In this document: one piece after another, positions 28,504 through 41,128 of the stretch
Layout: every line of letters starts with the position of its first letter
Numbering within the stretch: the stretch's first letter is position 1
Assembly (NCBI GenBank): GCA_963773065.1
Contig: CAVYZN010000005.1
Location: forward strand, 1 to 64,000
Reading direction: 5' to 3'
Length of the DNA stretch: 64,000 nucleotides
DNA from: an uncultured Gammaproteobacteria bacterium
GTDB lineage: Bacteria; Pseudomonadota; Gammaproteobacteria; UBA9214
The notes under the pieces: model-generated
Seen by the model: the letters and a program-made list of their open reading frames with translations, nothing else
Told to the model about the DNA's origin: nothing
Databases searched by the model: none
Program-made: the position numbers and the translations under genes

Positions 28504-30830
28504 CAGCGTCCGGACCGCAAGGCCGGCCGATGCTGGCGGCGCCGGTAACCGACAAAGGCCGGCAGCACGACCAGCAGGATCAGAACGAGGAACAGGATGA
28601 CCGGCCAGAGTACCGGCCGGTTCCACCCGGCCTGCAACGCGGCGCGCCGGGCGGGATCGATGCGGCGGTATTTGAGGGCATTGTTGGCCATCAGATTCGG
28701 TTTGAAATTCCGGTACCAGACATGATTCAGGCTGAACTGCTTGGGATGGTAGCCCCACAGCCAGGGCGCATCCTGGCGCGCAATGCCCACCATGCGGTCG
28801 ATGAGGGCCTGGCGCCGCTGACCGTTTTCCAGGTTCTTCATGCGATCGAACAGGCGGTCGAACTTCGCATTGCGGTAATTGGAGGCGTTTTCGCCGCCGT
28901 GTTCTAACTTGCCGTTGGGTCCGTAGAGCAGAAACAGGAAATTTTCCGGGTCCGGATAATCGGCATTCCAGCCCCACTGGTAGATCTGCGCCGCGCCCTT
29001 GAGCATCTTTTCCTGGAACCGGTTGTAGTCGGTGCCGCGCACGACGAGCTGTATATCGAGTTTCGCGAACTGCTTATGCATCCAGTCGAGCCGCGCCTTG
29101 TCATCGGGCCCGGTGGCCGTGGTGTCGAAATAGAGGACCAGCGGCTTGCCGGTCCTGATGTCGCGGCCCTCGGGATAGCCCGCCTCGGCCAGCAGGCGGC
29201 GCGCGACTTCGATGGGTTTGCGCCGCGGGCCGTCCGGGGTCAGATCGTAGACAGCCGTATCGACACCGGCATCGCCTTCCACGAAACCAAAGATCCCGGG
29301 AGGGATGGGGCTCTGCGCGGGCAGGCCCCGTCCGTTGAGGAAGATGGAGATGTACTCCTCGAAATCGACGGCGATGGCGATCGCCTGGCGCAGCTTGCGG
29401 GCCTGTTCGGAATAGCCGCCCACCACCGGGTCCAGCATGTTGAAGCCGGTGTAATAGATGGAGGCGGCGACGGCGGTCTGCAACTCGATGCCCTGTTCGC
29501 CCATCGCCTCGGTCAGTGATACCTCGCCACCGGCGCCGACGCGGATGGCCTGGTCGAAACTGTCCGAGCTGATGCCGGAGGTATCGTAGTAGCCCTGCAG
29601 AAACTTGGTCCAGTAGGGTATGTCCTCCTTCTCCAGACTGAAGATGACCCGGTCGATAAACGGCAACGGCTTGCCGGCATCATCGAGCAGACCCTGCTCC
29701 CGGTCGCCGGGTTCGCCCTCGCTCGGGTAGCTCTCTCCGTGGAAGTTCGGGTTTCTGACCAGCACCATCTGGCGATTGGGGTTGTTGACCGTCAGCATGT
29801 AAGGCCCGGTGCCGACCGGGAACCAGTCGAGCGTGATATTGCGTTCCTTCATGCCCGGCTGGCTGTAGAAGCGGTCCGCCTCGTACGGCACCGGGGCGAA
29901 GAACGGCATCGCCAGCCAGTAGAGCAGTTGCGGATATTTCCCGCGCAGCGTGATGCGGTAGGTGTAGCGGTCGATGGCGCGCGCACCCTCCAGCGGGTAG
30001 TCGCGCAGATCCAGGTAGCCATTGTCATCACCGGGTAGTGCGTCAGCGGCCGCTTGCAGCGTCTTGGCGTAGTCGCCCAATCCGACGATGTAATCGCTCA
30101 TCAGCCCCAGAATCGGTGAGTGCAGGCGCGGATGCGCCAGGCGCTTGATCTGGTAGACGTAGTCCTCGGCCACCAGTTCCCGCGTGCCGGTTCCCGTGAA
30201 GTCACCCAGCGTGGCGATGCCGTCAAGATCCCGCGCGGTGAGCGTCTGGTAACGGTACGCGCCGTCCTCGTCCCGGGCAAAGGCCGGATGCGGCTGATAG
30301 TAAATGTCCGGTTTGATATGAATGTCATAGACGCTGTAGGCGATGGCATCGCCGGCGGCCGTATCCGGCAAGCGTTTGCCGGCCGCATCGAGATAATACG
30401 GCTGCGGGACGGCGCTCGCCGTCAGTGGAATCAGTTCATAGGGGCGCTTCAGGTAATGGTATTGCAGGGGCGGTTCGTAGATCTGGCCGGTGAATTCGAC
30501 CTCGTTCGAACTGTAGGACTGCGCCGGGTCGAGGTGATTGGGGCGTTCCTGAAACGAGGCGAAGAGTATGTTTTCGCGGGCTTGAGTCGCGGGATAGGGC
30601 CGGTTCCAGGGTTCGTCACCGCAGGCGGCTACCATCAGCGCCACGATTACCGTTAGGACGGCAGCCCGCAGCGGCGCGTTCACCCGGAAATGCAAACCGC
30701 AGGCAAACCGGCCCGGCAACACGCCCTCCCGTACGCTGTGCAAGCGGTTAGAACGACCGGGGCGGGATGCATGGACGGGATCACTTGGCATGGGGTCTGA
30801 ATTATAATGGGGTCTGATTATATCGGTCAC
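28503..30830 (-). CDS. Peptide ABC transporter substrate-binding protein (start uncertain)
   Basis: HLDPAQSYS, PVGTGPY, WNADYPDPENF, lipobox-like VAAC and a C-terminal TM segment. Confidence 0.9.
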   Translation of the reverse strand: MTDIIRPHYNSDPMPSDPVHASRPGRSNRLHSVREGVLPGRFACGLHFRVNAPLRAAVLTVIVALMVAACGDEPWNRPYPATQARENILFASFQERPNHLDPAQSYSSNEVEFTGQIYEPPLQYHYLKRPYELIPLTASAVPQPYYLDAAGKRLPDTAAGDAIAYSVYDIHIKPDIYYQPHPAFARDEDGAYRYQTLTARDLDGIATLGDFTGTGTRELVAEDYVYQIKRLAHPRLHSPILGLMSDYIVGLGDYAKTLQAAADALPGDDNGYLDLRDYPLEGARAIDRYTYRITLRGKYPQLLYWLAMPFFAPVPYEADRFYSQPGMKERNITLDWFPVGTGPYMLTVNNPNRQMVLVRNPNFHGESYPSEGEPGDREQGLLDDAGKPLPFIDRVIFSLEKEDIPYWTKFLQGYYDTSGISSDSFDQAIRVGAGGEVSLTEAMGEQGIELQTAVAASIYYTGFNMLDPVVGGYSEQARKLRQAIAIAVDFEEYISIFLNGRGLPAQSPIPPGIFGFVEGDAGVDTAVYDLTPDGPRRKPIEVARRLLAEAGYPEGRDIRTGKPLVLYFDTTATGPDDKARLDWMHKQFAKLDIQLVVRGTDYNRFQEKMLKGAAQIYQWGWNADYPDPENFLFLLYGPNGKLEHGGENASNYRNAKFDRLFDRMKNLENGQRRQALIDRMVGIARQDAPWLWGYHPKQFSLNHVWYRNFKPNLMANNALKYRRIDPARRAALQAGWNRPVLWPVILFLVLILLVVLPAFVGYRRRQHRPALRSGR

Positions 30831-30871
30831 TCCCGCGGTATTCCTACCCTGATTCGCCGGCCCGAGACTGA

Positions 30872-31048
30872 GAGCCAGTGAAAATATCGCCAGCCTGCTG
30901 CGAACGTCGCTTTGCGGCTGCGGCGGCGTTGCGCCACGCGAAAACTTCGGTCATTTGGCTCGCCAAACTCCCTTGTTTTCGCGCAGCGCGCCTTGCCTCG
31001 CACGCAAATCGACGCCCTCGCGACGACCGTCGATATTTGCACAGGCTC
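30872..31048. mobile_element. MITE, 177 bp, IS5-like ends
   Basis: 18-bp terminal inverted repeats GAGCC(A/T)GTG(A/C)AAATATCG. TGA is duplicated on both sides. Confidence 0.7.
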
Positions 31049-31165
31049 TGAGACTTCCCGTAACCGGCGTTTTCCGGTACCTTAGCGGGCCTGCATTATT
31101 CGGGTCATCCGTGACAACCGCTGCGGATGGCGTCCTGTCCAGACAGCAGACTCTAGGGAACGGCT

Positions 31166-31951
31166 ATGGGATTCTTGAACGGCAAACGCGCGCTGATCGT
31201 CGGCCTCGCCAGCAACCGCTCCATCGCCTGGGGCATCGCCCAGGCCATGCACCGCGAGGGCGCCACACTCGCCTTTACCTACCAGAACGACAAGCTGGCC
31301 GGCCGGGTCGAGAAAATGGCCGCCGAATGCCAGTCGTCCATCTGCATACCCTGCGATGTCGGCAGCGATGAGGAAATCGCCGCCGCCTTTAACGCGCTCG
31401 GCGGCCACTGGGATGGCCTGGACATCATCGTGCACTCGGTCGCGTATGCGCCGGCCGAACAGCTCGATGGCGATTATCTCGACTGCATCACGCGCGAAGG
31501 GTTTCGTATCGCGCACGACATCAGTTCCTACAGTTTCGCCGCCCTGGCCAAGGCGGGAAGAGGCATGATGCAGGGCCGCAACGGCGCCCTGCTGACGCTG
31601 AGCTACCTCGGCGCGGTGAAGACCGTCCCCAATTACAATGTCATGGGCCTGGCGAAGGCCAGTCTCGAAGCCAATGTCCGCTACCTGGCGCAAAGCTTCG
31701 GGCCGTTGGGCATCCGCGTCAACGCCATCTCCGCCGGTCCGATACGCACGCTCGCGGCCTCCGGTATCAGTAATTTCCGCAAGATGTTGGAACAGTTTGC
31801 CGGCACGGCGCCGTTGCGCCGCAACGTCACCATCGAGGACGTGGGCAATGCGGCCGCCTTCCTGTGTTCGGATCTGGCCGCCGGCATCACCGGTGAAATC
31901 ACCTATGTGGACGGTGGTTACAATATCGTCGGCATGGGACCGATCGAGTAG
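31166..31951 (+). CDS. fabI: Enoyl-ACP reductase
   Basis: [33 protein letters not shown]. Confidence 0.97.
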   Translation: MGFLNGKRALIVGLASNRSIAWGIAQAMHREGATLAFTYQNDKLAGRVEKMAAECQSSICIPCDVGSDEEIAAAFNALGGHWDGLDIIVHSVAYAPAEQLDGDYLDCITREGFRIAHDISSYSFAALAKAGRGMMQGRNGALLTLSYLGAVKTVPNYNVMGLAKASLEANVRYLAQSFGPLGIRVNAISAGPIRTLAASGISNFRKMLEQFAGTAPLRRNVTIEDVGNAAAFLCSDLAAGITGEITYVDGGYNIVGMGPIE

Positions 31952-32080
31952 TACCCGGCGGGCATCTTCTCCCGTATCCCGTTTATCTCCCGCTACCGCC
32001 GATCAACACCGCGCCACTGGAATCACTAGCCCGCATTTCAGTCTGATCTCTTGAGGACCGGCCGATGCTTCGTACCGACC

Positions 32081-33998
32081 TCAGTCTGACTGTTGTTCGG
32101 GTATGATGATCGTCGCGCGCTTCTTCAGTTCATTGGTGAACGCGGCCACTTCCGCGTCGCCCTGAATCCGGCTCAGTTCCTGTCTGGCCTTCATCTGATC
32201 GGCTTCCGACAGGCTGGAAATATCACCATCCTTGATTTCATCCAGCACCAGCAGGACATAGTCGCCCGAATCAAGGACGAAACCGGCCGTGGAGGCTTCC
32301 CTGTCCGTCACCGATGGCAGCAGGAAGGCCTCGGTGATGATGGTCTTTGCGGGCTCCGCGGCATTCCGGCCGAGCAATCCTGGTGACTTGACCTCCAGAC
32401 CCTGAGCCTTGGCAATCTCGGCCAATGGCGTTCCGGACTTCAGTTCCTTTAGCAAGCCATCGCCATGGGCGCGGGTGAGATCACGCGCCTTCATGGCGCG
32501 CACCCCAGCCAGTACCTTATCCCGGACGCTTTCAAGCGGCTGTTTGTTTGCCGCCTCGTGCTCCAGAATGCGCAGCACCATCAGGTGGTTGTCTCCGAGT
32601 TCAATCGGCTCGCTGTTGTTTCCGGTTTCGAGGACCTCATCCCGGAATGCGGCACCGACTACCATCTCATTCTGCCCGATACCCGGGCCGCCAGCTCGCG
32701 TCAGCCAGTCGCTGGTCTGCACTTCGAGCCCAAGGGCATCAGCCGCGCCCTGGAGTGTATCCGGTTGTTCAAACGCCTTGTTCGCCAGGGTTTCAGATTT
32801 CTCGTAGAAAAGATCATTGCGTTCCTGTGCATGATATTCCTTTACGAGTTCATCCCTAACCTCTTCAAACGGCCTGGTGACCTGCGGTTTGATGTCGGTG
32901 ACCTCGATGATGTGGAACCCGAACGGTGACCTGATAATGGCGCTGCGCCCGCCCTTCTCAAGCGCGAATGCCGCCGTCTCGAACTCCGGCGTCATCAAAC
33001 CCCGGCCTAAAAAGCCCAGGTCGCCGCCCTTGCCCGCGGAACCCGGATCATCCGATGCTTCCTTGGCCAGCTTTTCAAAGGATTCCCCTTTCTCCAGACG
33101 GGCCAGGATGGACTCGGCCTTGGCGCGGGCTTTCTGCACCGCCTCCTCACCTGCATCGGGTGGCAGGCTGATGAGGATGTGCCGGGCCCGGCGTTCTTCC
33201 GGCGTTACATAGCGTTCCGCGTGCTCATTGTAGAGTGCGCGCAGCGCCTCATCGTCGGCCTCACCGGTAACCTGCAGCTCGTCGGCCTTCAGTTCGATGT
33301 ACTGTATCCTGACCCGTTCGGGTGTCATGAAGTCACTCGCATGGGCCGCGTAATACTGTTCTATATCACTGTCGCTGACTTCCACCCGTGAGGCGAACTG
33401 CGCCACCGGCAATTCGAGATAACTGAAACGACGCTGCTGGGTCTGTAGCCGGTAGATCTTTTCCAGATCCTGACGCGATACCCCTGCCGTCTGCACGATG
33501 CCGTTGATGATCTGGTTGGCCATGAGTTCACGCGACAGGCGCCACTCGAACTCCGCCGGCGCCATCCCCTGCAGCTGCAAAACCTGCCGGTATTTCTCTA
33601 CGGAAAATTTGCCGCTGTCATCCTTGAAGGCCGGCACCGCATTGATCTGCGCGGCGACCATTTGTTTACTGACGGCATAACCATCGGCATCCGCTTGCTG
33701 CAGCAGCAACTGTTCACGGATGATTTCCTGGAGCGCGCTTTTTTTCAGAGCTTGCTCATCGAGCATGGCCGGGTTGATATGCCTCGCCCATGAGGTTCTG
33801 CATGCGGTTACGCATCTGTTGGTAGGCGCGCTGGTATTCGGGAATGGTAATCTCCACGCCATTGACATCTGCCGCGTAGGTTTTCGCATTGCTGGTGAAG
33901 TACGAGTTCAACCCGAAAAAGGCAAATGCAATGAAGAGGGCGCCCAGCAGAAGCCAGCCTACCAAGCCCATGACGCGGTCGCGGATCGCCATTAACAT
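32081..33998 (-). CDS. ppiD: Peptidyl-prolyl isomerase D (SurA N-terminal + parvulin), frameshift near 33778
   Basis: MLMAIRD N-terminal TM, ARHILI, GGDLG, FGFHII, downstream of hupB/tRNAs. Confidence 0.9.
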
Positions 33999-34041
33999 AG
34001 ATCAATCTCTCGGAACGTTACAGAATAGTCGTTAACAAACT

Positions 34042-34075
34042 AAAAAAGAAAAGGGCACCACTTGGCGCCCTTTCT
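34042..34075 (-). terminator. Rho-independent terminator after tRNA-Asp
   Basis: GC stem AAGGGCACCA/TGGCGCCCTT followed by a U-run on the minus strand. Confidence 0.7.
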
Positions 34076-34085
34076 GTTTACCTAT

Positions 34086-34162
34086 TGGCGGAGTGGACGG
34101 GACTCGAACCCGCGACCCCCGGCGTGACAGGCCGGTATTCTAACCAGCTGAACTACCACTCC
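34086..34162 (-). tRNA. tRNA-Asp(GTC)
   Basis: Cloverleaf, GTTCGA T-loop, CCA end. Confidence 0.96.
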
Positions 34163-34169
34163 ATGTCCA

Positions 34170-34245
34170 TGGTGGGTGCTGAGGGGATCGAACCCCCGAC
34201 ATTCGCCTTGTAAGGGCGACGCTCTCCCATCTGAGCTAAGCACCC
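34170..34245 (-). tRNA. tRNA-Val(TAC)
   Basis: Anticodon loop CTTACAA, CCA end. Confidence 0.96.
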
Positions 34246-34254
34246 GAAGGCGCG

Positions 34255-34527
34255 TTAGTTTACGGCATCCTTCAAGGCTTTTCCAGCCTTGAATCCCGGG
34301 GTCTTCGATGCCTTGATATTGATTGTTTCGCCGGTTTGCGGGTTGCGTCCGGTGCGGGCGGCGCGTTCCCGGACCGAAAAAGTTCCGAAACCGACGATGG
34401 CTACCTGATCCCCATTGCGCAGCGCCTTGCTGATGCTGTCCAGTACGGCATCGGTTACGCGTGTAGCATCCGCCTTGGATAAATCCGCTTCACTGGCAAC
34501 GGCTTCAATCAATTCAGATTTATTCAT
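34255..34527 (-). CDS. hupB: DNA-binding protein HU beta
   Basis: MNKSELI, GFGTF, GRNPQTG. Confidence 0.96.
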   Translation of the reverse strand: MNKSELIEAVASEADLSKADATRVTDAVLDSISKALRNGDQVAIVGFGTFSVRERAARTGRNPQTGETINIKASKTPGFKAGKALKDAVN

Positions 34528-34649
34528 ATCTTGGTCCTCAAGAATTGGTTTTATAGTTAACAGCACGATCAATCATGAATGCAGTGAGTATCAGTACCTG
34601 GAATACCAAGTGATACGAGCGCGCGTATTAAAGCATAGATAGACGACAC

Positions 34650-34690
34650 AAAAAACCGCCGGCTGGTCAACGCTACCAGTCCGGCGGGTT
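34650..34690 (-). terminator. Terminator after lon
   Basis: CCGCCGG...CCGGCGG stem with a U-tract on the minus strand. Confidence 0.65.
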
Positions 34691-34710
34691 ATTCTATCAG
34701 TCAGGAAAGA

Positions 34711-37149
34711 TTAATGTGCCCGTATGGGTTTGTTCTTGCCGGCTACCTTTTCTTTTTCCTTTTCCTTGACAGCCTTTCGTTCCTCCCCCTTGGCGGCGTC
34801 CTCCGTCAACGGTACCGGATGATGCTGCAAGGCAACCTGCAGAACTTCGTCGATCCATTTCAACGGACGTATATCCAGTTTGTCCTTTACATTCTTCGGG
34901 ATGTCGGCGAGGTCCTTGCGGTTTTCTTCCGGAATCAGAACGATGGAAATACCGCCACGATGCGCCGCCAGCAGTTTCTCCTTCAGTCCGCCAATCGGCA
35001 AAACTTCGCCCCGCAACGTGATTTCACCGGTCATGGCAACATCGGCACGCACCGGTATGTTCGTCAGAGATGAAACCAGTGCCGTGCACATCCCCACACC
35101 CGCACTTGGCCCATCCTTTGGTGTCGCGCCCTCCGGCACATGGATGTGGATGTCGTACTTCTGGTGGAAATCCGGGTCGATTCCCAGCAAGGCCGCGCGG
35201 CTGCGCACGACGGTTGTCGCCGCCTGGATGGATTCCTGCATCACCTCGCCGAGCTGACCGGTATGGATCATCTTGCCCTTGCCTGGGACTATGGCCGACT
35301 CAATCGTCAGCAATTCACCACCGACCTCGGTCCAGGCAAGTCCGGTTACCTGCCCGACCTGATCACGTTCTTCCGCACGGCCATAGCGGAAACGCTTGAC
35401 GCCAAGGTATCTGTCAATGTTCCGCGGTGTGACCGTGAGCTTCTGGTCATGTTGTTTCATGACCAGTTCCTTGACCACCTTGCGGCAGATCTTGGAAATC
35501 TCCCGCTCGAGATTACGCACGCCTGCTTCCCGTGTGTAGTAGCGGATGATGTCGCGAATGGCATTCTCGCTGATCAGCAGTTCATCCTCCTTGAGTCCAT
35601 TGCTCCTGATCTGTTTGGGCAGCAGGTAACGCATGGCGATATTGATTTTCTCATCTTCGGTATAGCCGGGAATCCGGATGACCTCCATGCGATCCAGCAA
35701 GGGTCCGGGGATATTCATGGTGTTTGCCGTGGCCACGAACATCACGTCCGAAAGATCGAAGTCGACTTCCAGGTAATGATCATTAAAGGCGTGATTCTGC
35801 TCGGGGTCCAGGACCTCCAGCAATGCCGATGACGGATCACCGCGGAAGTCCATGGACATCTTGTCCAGTTCATCCAGCAGGAACAGCGGGTTGCGCACAC
35901 CGACCTTGGAGAGATTCTGCACGATCTTGCCCGGCAGCGAACCGATGTAGGTACGGCGATGACCGCGGATTTCGGCCTCGTCCCGAACGCCGCCAAGCGA
36001 CATGCGGGTGAATTTGCGGTTGGTGGCGCGGGCAATGGAACGTCCCAGCGAGGTCTTGCCGACACCGGGCGGTCCCACGAGACAGAGTATCGGACCCTTC
36101 AGCTTCTTGACGCGCTGCTGAACGGCCAGATACTCGAGGATCCTTTCCTTGACCTTCTCCAGACCATAGTGATCTTCCTCGAGTACGGCTTCGGCTGTCG
36201 CGAGATCATGGCGGATCTTGGAGCGCTTTTTCCATGGTACGCTGACCAGCCAGTCGATATAGTTCCTGACCACGGTGGCCTCGGCGGACATCGGCGACAT
36301 CATCTTCAGTTTATTCAGCTCCGATGATGCCTTGTCCTTGGCTTCCTTGCTCATGCCGGCCTTCTCGATCTTGTGCTGGAGCTCCTCCAGTTCGTTGGGG
36401 GCATCCTCCATTTCACCCAGTTCCTTCTGGATGGCTTTCATCTGCTCATTCAGATAGTACTCGCGCTGGCTCTTCTCCATCTGCTGCTTGACGCGGCCGC
36501 GGATCCGCTTCTCTATCTGCATGATGTCGATTTCGCCCTCGATCAGCCCCATCAGGCGTTCCAGACGTTCACGGCTGCTTTCAATCTCGAGTATCCGCTG
36601 CTTTTCATCCAGCTTCAGCGACATATGCGCCGCGATGGTATCCGCGAGGCGGCCGGGTTCGTCGATACCCGACAAGGATGTGAGAATCTCGGGCGGGACC
36701 TTCTTGTTCAGCTTTACATACTGGTCGAACATCGCCAGCAAGGAACGCGTGAGCACGCCAAGCTCCTTTTCCTTGTCTTCATCCGATGAGGCAAGAATCT
36801 GGATGTTGGCGGTAAAGAATGCCTCCACGGATTCAAAGGATGTGATGCGCGCACGCTCCACGCCCTCCACCAGCACCTTCACCGTGCCATCGGGCAGTTT
36901 CAGTAACTGAAGAATCGTGGACAATGTGCCTATTTCATGGATGTCATCGACCGAAGGGTCGTCAATCTCGGCGTTTTTCTGGGCGACCAGCAATATCTTC
37001 TTGTCTTCCTGCATGGCGGTGTCGAGCGCATTGATCGATTTCTCCCGTCCCACAAAAAGCGGGATGACCATGTGCGGATAGACGACAACGTCCCTTAACG
37101 GCAAGACTGGTATTGCACCCGTGGCGGTATCTGTCATTTCAGTCTCCAT
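34711..37149 (-). CDS. lon: ATP-dependent protease La
   Basis: [26 protein letters not shown]. Confidence 0.98.
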   Translation of the reverse strand: METEMTDTATGAIPVLPLRDVVVYPHMVIPLFVGREKSINALDTAMQEDKKILLVAQKNAEIDDPSVDDIHEIGTLSTILQLLKLPDGTVKVLVEGVERARITSFESVEAFFTANIQILASSDEDKEKELGVLTRSLLAMFDQYVKLNKKVPPEILTSLSGIDEPGRLADTIAAHMSLKLDEKQRILEIESSRERLERLMGLIEGEIDIMQIEKRIRGRVKQQMEKSQREYYLNEQMKAIQKELGEMEDAPNELEELQHKIEKAGMSKEAKDKASSELNKLKMMSPMSAEATVVRNYIDWLVSVPWKKRSKIRHDLATAEAVLEEDHYGLEKVKERILEYLAVQQRVKKLKGPILCLVGPPGVGKTSLGRSIARATNRKFTRMSLGGVRDEAEIRGHRRTYIGSLPGKIVQNLSKVGVRNPLFLLDELDKMSMDFRGDPSSALLEVLDPEQNHAFNDHYLEVDFDLSDVMFVATANTMNIPGPLLDRMEVIRIPGYTEDEKINIAMRYLLPKQIRSNGLKEDELLISENAIRDIIRYYTREAGVRNLEREISKICRKVVKELVMKQHDQKLTVTPRNIDRYLGVKRFRYGRAEERDQVGQVTGLAWTEVGGELLTIESAIVPGKGKMIHTGQLGEVMQESIQAATTVVRSRAALLGIDPDFHQKYDIHIHVPEGATPKDGPSAGVGMCTALVSSLTNIPVRADVAMTGEITLRGEVLPIGGLKEKLLAAHRGGISIVLIPEENRKDLADIPKNVKDKLDIRPLKWIDEVLQVALQHHPVPLTEDAAKGEERKAVKEKEKEKVAGKNKPIRAH

Positions 37150-37282
37150 CCATTCCTGTTGAATGTGTAATTACCAGGTACATCAGCGATTTTACGTCAG
37201 AAATTCGTAACGCCAATCCTCCAAGCCCAGGTGCCTTGCCTGTCGGTATGCGGTATGACATTAGTATTGCTCAATTGATCCA

Positions 37283-37311
37283 ATATGGGGGGCCGATTGC
37301 AATACTTCAAC
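37283..37311 (-). promoter_or_regulatory. Sigma-32 (RpoH) promoter of lon
   Basis: Minus strand GTTGAA ... CCCCATAT matches the heat-shock consensus. Confidence 0.7.
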
Positions 37312-37416
37312 CATTCAATTTTGACGTGTGATTATTAATAGGCAATGAGCGTGCCAGCCTGGCGGCTGGACGACATGAAAATATCAACTTACTGGTTTAT
37401 ATAGGAAATAGACAAA

Positions 37417-38688
37417 CTACTCGGAAACTGCCAGCGATTCCGAAGCGTCAAAAATCATGTACGGTTTTGATATACCCTGGATAACACTATCATCGATGAC
37501 CACTTTCCTGACGTTTTCCATCGAGGGCAAGTCATACATCGTATCGAGCAGCACTTGCTCGAGGATGGTGCGCAGACCCCGGGCACCGGTTTTCCTGACC
37601 ATGGCCTTGCGTGCAACGGAGCGCAGCGCGTCATCTCTGAACTCGAGTTCGCAGCCCTCCATTTGAAACAGTTTTGCATACTGTTTGGTCAGGGCATTCT
37701 TCGGTTCGGTCAGAATCTGAATGAGCGCCTGTTCATCGAGTTCCTCCAGTGTGGCCACCACCGGCAATCGGCCGACAAATTCCGGGATGAGGCCGTATTT
37801 GATCAGATCTTCCGGTTCCACGTCATAGAGTATCTCACCCAGGTTAATATTCAGATCCTTGCTCTTAACCTCGGCAGCGAAGCCAATGCCGCCTTTCTCC
37901 GAACGGCTGCGGATGATCTTTTCCAGCCCGGAAAATGCACCCCCGACGATAAAGAGTATGTTCGTGGTATCCACCTGCAAAAATTCCTGTTGCGGATGCT
38001 TGCGACCGCCTTGCGGGGGGACCGAGGCAATCGTGCCCTCGATCAGTTTGAGCAGCGCCTGTTGCACGCCTTCACCGGATACGTCGCGGGTGATGGAGGG
38101 GTTGTCCGACTTGCGTGAAATCTTGTCGATTTCATCGATATAGACAATGCCGGTTTGTGCCTTGTCAACATCGTAGTCACATTTTTGCAGGAGTTTCTGG
38201 ATGATGTTCTCGACATCCTCACCGACATAACCGGCTTCCGTCAGGGTGGTGGCATCCGCTATGGTGAACGGGACATTCAGCAGCCGTGCCAGGGTCTCGG
38301 CAAGCAGAGTCTTGCCTGAGCCGGTTGGCCCTATGAGCAGAATATTGCTTTTGGAAAGCTCAACGCCGTCCTTCTTGCTTGCGGCGTCGAGACGCTTGTA
38401 GTGGTTGTAGACGGCAACGGAGAGCACCTTCTTGGCACGCTCCTGCCCGATGACATATTCGTTGAGGACGTCATTGATTTCCTGTGGCTTAGGCAGCTTG
38501 TTTCCACCGCCGGAGGATTTCTCCTGCATTTCCTCACGAATAATGTCGTTACACAGTTCGACACACTCGTCACAGACGAAAACCGAGGGTCCAGCGATTA
38601 GTTTACGTACTTCATGTTGGCTTTTGCCGCAGAAGGAGCAGTAGAGGAGCTTTCCATCATCGCCCTTACCGTCTCTGTCGTTGTTCAT
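37417..38688 (-). CDS. clpX: Clp protease ATP-binding subunit
   Basis: CSFCGK zinc finger, GPTGSGKT. Confidence 0.98.
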   Translation of the reverse strand: MNNDRDGKGDDGKLLYCSFCGKSQHEVRKLIAGPSVFVCDECVELCNDIIREEMQEKSSGGGNKLPKPQEINDVLNEYVIGQERAKKVLSVAVYNHYKRLDAASKKDGVELSKSNILLIGPTGSGKTLLAETLARLLNVPFTIADATTLTEAGYVGEDVENIIQKLLQKCDYDVDKAQTGIVYIDEIDKISRKSDNPSITRDVSGEGVQQALLKLIEGTIASVPPQGGRKHPQQEFLQVDTTNILFIVGGAFSGLEKIIRSRSEKGGIGFAAEVKSKDLNINLGEILYDVEPEDLIKYGLIPEFVGRLPVVATLEELDEQALIQILTEPKNALTKQYAKLFQMEGCELEFRDDALRSVARKAMVRKTGARGLRTILEQVLLDTMYDLPSMENVRKVVIDDSVIQGISKPYMIFDASESLAVSE

Positions 38689-38890
38689 ACTCAAACCCTC
38701 ACATTTATCACCTAGGCCCTGCTACCTGTTTTTTAACACTCTTCTTCATTATGAATCAACTCATTCTACGTCTTATTGTAGATGTATTACCGGCGGATAT
38801 TCAGGTTTTTCCTCACGGTAAACTTATCACAGGTTGCCGTTGTAACGTTGTACGACGTTCGGTTGCAGGATCTTCCCGTTACGGCCAGGG

Positions 38891-39529
38891 CTATTGCGGC
38901 GCCTGGCGAACCGCCAGTATTTCATCGATCAGGCCGTATTCCTTGGCTTCCTTGGCTCCCATGAAGTTGTCCCGCTCGGTGTCCTGCCTGATCTTTTCCA
39001 GTGTCTGTCCGGTGTGCTTGGATAGGATCATGTTGAGTTTCTCACGAATCAGCAGGATTTCCCGCGCGTGGATGTCAATATCCGTTGCCTGGCCCTGGAA
39101 TCCGCCAAGCGGCTGATGAATCATCATGCGCGAATGCGGCAGACATACCCGTTTACCCTTGGCCCCGCCCGCCAGCAATAAGGCGCCCATGCTGGCGGCC
39201 TGACCGACACACATGGTGCTGACCGCTGGTTTGACAAATTGCATGGTGTCGTAGATTGCCAACCCGGCCGTTACCGAACCGCCCGGGGAATTGATGTAGA
39301 GGTGGATATCCTTGTCCGGGTTTTCCGATTCCAAGAACAGCAGCTGGGCAACGACGACATTGGCCATGTAATCCTCCACCGGCCCCACCACAAACACTAC
39401 CCGTTCCTTGAGCAGCCGTGAGTAAATGTCGTAGGCCCGTTCACCGCGTGCGGTCTGCTCTATGACGATCGGTACAAGATTCAATGCCCTGGTATCGGAT
39501 GCGCCACCCATGAATTTGCTATCGGTCAT
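38891..39529 (-). CDS. clpP: Clp protease proteolytic subunit
   Basis: [27 protein letters not shown]. Confidence 0.98.
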   Translation of the reverse strand: MTDSKFMGGASDTRALNLVPIVIEQTARGERAYDIYSRLLKERVVFVVGPVEDYMANVVVAQLLFLESENPDKDIHLYINSPGGSVTAGLAIYDTMQFVKPAVSTMCVGQAASMGALLLAGGAKGKRVCLPHSRMMIHQPLGGFQGQATDIDIHAREILLIREKLNMILSKHTGQTLEKIRQDTERDNFMGAKEAKEYGLIDEILAVRQAPQ

Positions 39530-39535
39530 CGATTC

Positions 39536-40825
39536 TTATCCTTTAGTTTGCTTGGCTGCTTCGACTAAGGCGTCAAATGTTGTCGGTGTATTCGCCACCT
39601 GGATACCTGAATACTCCAGCATCCAGTCGACCACCTGTTCTTCTATGACGGCTGACTGGACATTGCTCAGCATCTCCTGGTTGCCATAGTACCATTGAAC
39701 CACTTCCTCGGGCTTTTCATAGGAGGCGGCAATGGTTTCGATAGTTTCGCGCACCCGGTCAGGATCGATCTGGATCCGGTTCTGCTTGACGATCGCGGTG
39801 ACTAACACCCCCAGTTTGACCCGGCGTTCGGCATTTGCCTGTAGCTCGAAGCTATTTGCAGTCTGTGTCGTTTGTTGTGCCCGCAGACGGGCCGTCTCAT
39901 CATCTATCAGGCTGCGTGGAACATCGACCGGGTTCCTCTCAAGCAGCCCCGAAAAAACCTGGTCTTTCACATTGGACTTGATGAGCTGTTTCAGCTCTCT
40001 CTGCATGTTGGCGGTAACCTCTTCCTTGAGACCCGCAAGCCCCTTTTCCGCGACTCCGAAGGCGCGCGCAAACTCGTCATCGAGTTCCGGCAAGACCATT
40101 TCCGATACCGTGTGAAGTTTGACCCTGAACTCGGCATCCTTGCCTGCAACCTCCCGGGAAGGATAGTCAGCGGGAAATGTCACCCGCAACGTTTTTTCAT
40201 CGCCGGCACCTGCCCCGATAAGCTGCTCTTCAAAACCACGCATCATAGTGTTTGATCCTATGACAACCGGCATTTTCTCAGCGTTACTTCCTGGGAAGGC
40301 ATTGCCCGCAATGGTTCCTTTAAAATCGATAACAATCTGGTCATCGGTTTGCGCCTTGCGATCCACCGTCTTCCAGGTAACCCGTTGTTTGCGCAACTTC
40401 TCCAACATGGCCGTAACATCCGCTTCGCCAATCTCGACGACGGGGCGGAAGATCTTAAATCCGTAATCTATCGGGGCCGCCAGTTCCGGAAATACCTCAA
40501 AGGTTGCCACGTATTCCAGCGGCTCTCCCGGGAGCGATTCCACGGGGTCGATTTTCGGCGCGGCGGCAGGTCGCAGACTCTCCTGTGTCAGCGCTTCCTG
40601 CAATGTTGCGCCGATGACCCGTTGTACTACCTCCTGACGCACCTGTTTACCGTATTTTTTCTCAATGACACTGAGCGGTACCTTGCCGGGGCGGAATCCG
40701 TCAAGCCGGACGGTACCTTTCATTGACTGGAGCCGGGAATCAACCTCGTGGTCGATACGCTCGGCAGGCACATGAACCGTCATGCGACGTTCGAGTCCGC
40801 CCCTCTTTTCAACCGAAACTTGCAT
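39536..40825 (-). CDS. tig: Trigger factor
   Basis: GFRPGKVP motif and position upstream of clpP. Confidence 0.96.
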   Translation of the reverse strand: MQVSVEKRGGLERRMTVHVPAERIDHEVDSRLQSMKGTVRLDGFRPGKVPLSVIEKKYGKQVRQEVVQRVIGATLQEALTQESLRPAAAPKIDPVESLPGEPLEYVATFEVFPELAAPIDYGFKIFRPVVEIGEADVTAMLEKLRKQRVTWKTVDRKAQTDDQIVIDFKGTIAGNAFPGSNAEKMPVVIGSNTMMRGFEEQLIGAGAGDEKTLRVTFPADYPSREVAGKDAEFRVKLHTVSEMVLPELDDEFARAFGVAEKGLAGLKEEVTANMQRELKQLIKSNVKDQVFSGLLERNPVDVPRSLIDDETARLRAQQTTQTANSFELQANAERRVKLGVLVTAIVKQNRIQIDPDRVRETIETIAASYEKPEEVVQWYYGNQEMLSNVQSAVIEEQVVDWMLEYSGIQVANTPTTFDALVEAAKQTKG

Positions 40826-40917
40826 CAAATCACCTCGATAAATAATAACCCGTCATCCGGCCTGGCTTTATGACGATAAGCAACTGTAATAATATCGCTG
40901 TTCTTTGTTACCTGGAT

Positions 40918-41002
40918 TGGTGCGAAAGGAGAGGCTCGAACTCTCACGGGTTACCCCACTGGCACCTAAAACCAGCGCGTCTACCGATTCCGCCACTTTC
41001 GC
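40918..41002 (-). tRNA. tRNA-Leu(TAG)
   Basis: 85 nt with variable arm, CCA end. Confidence 0.95.
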
Positions 41003-41128
41003 CGCTTGTGCTAATTACCGTTTGCCGGTTCTGGCAAGACCGGATAATGCAAATAAGTATAACGGCTTGTCGTCACAGATCGCACCTGGGTTTTTTACCT
41101 CGCCGCCCCGGGAAAACAGGTGCCATGG

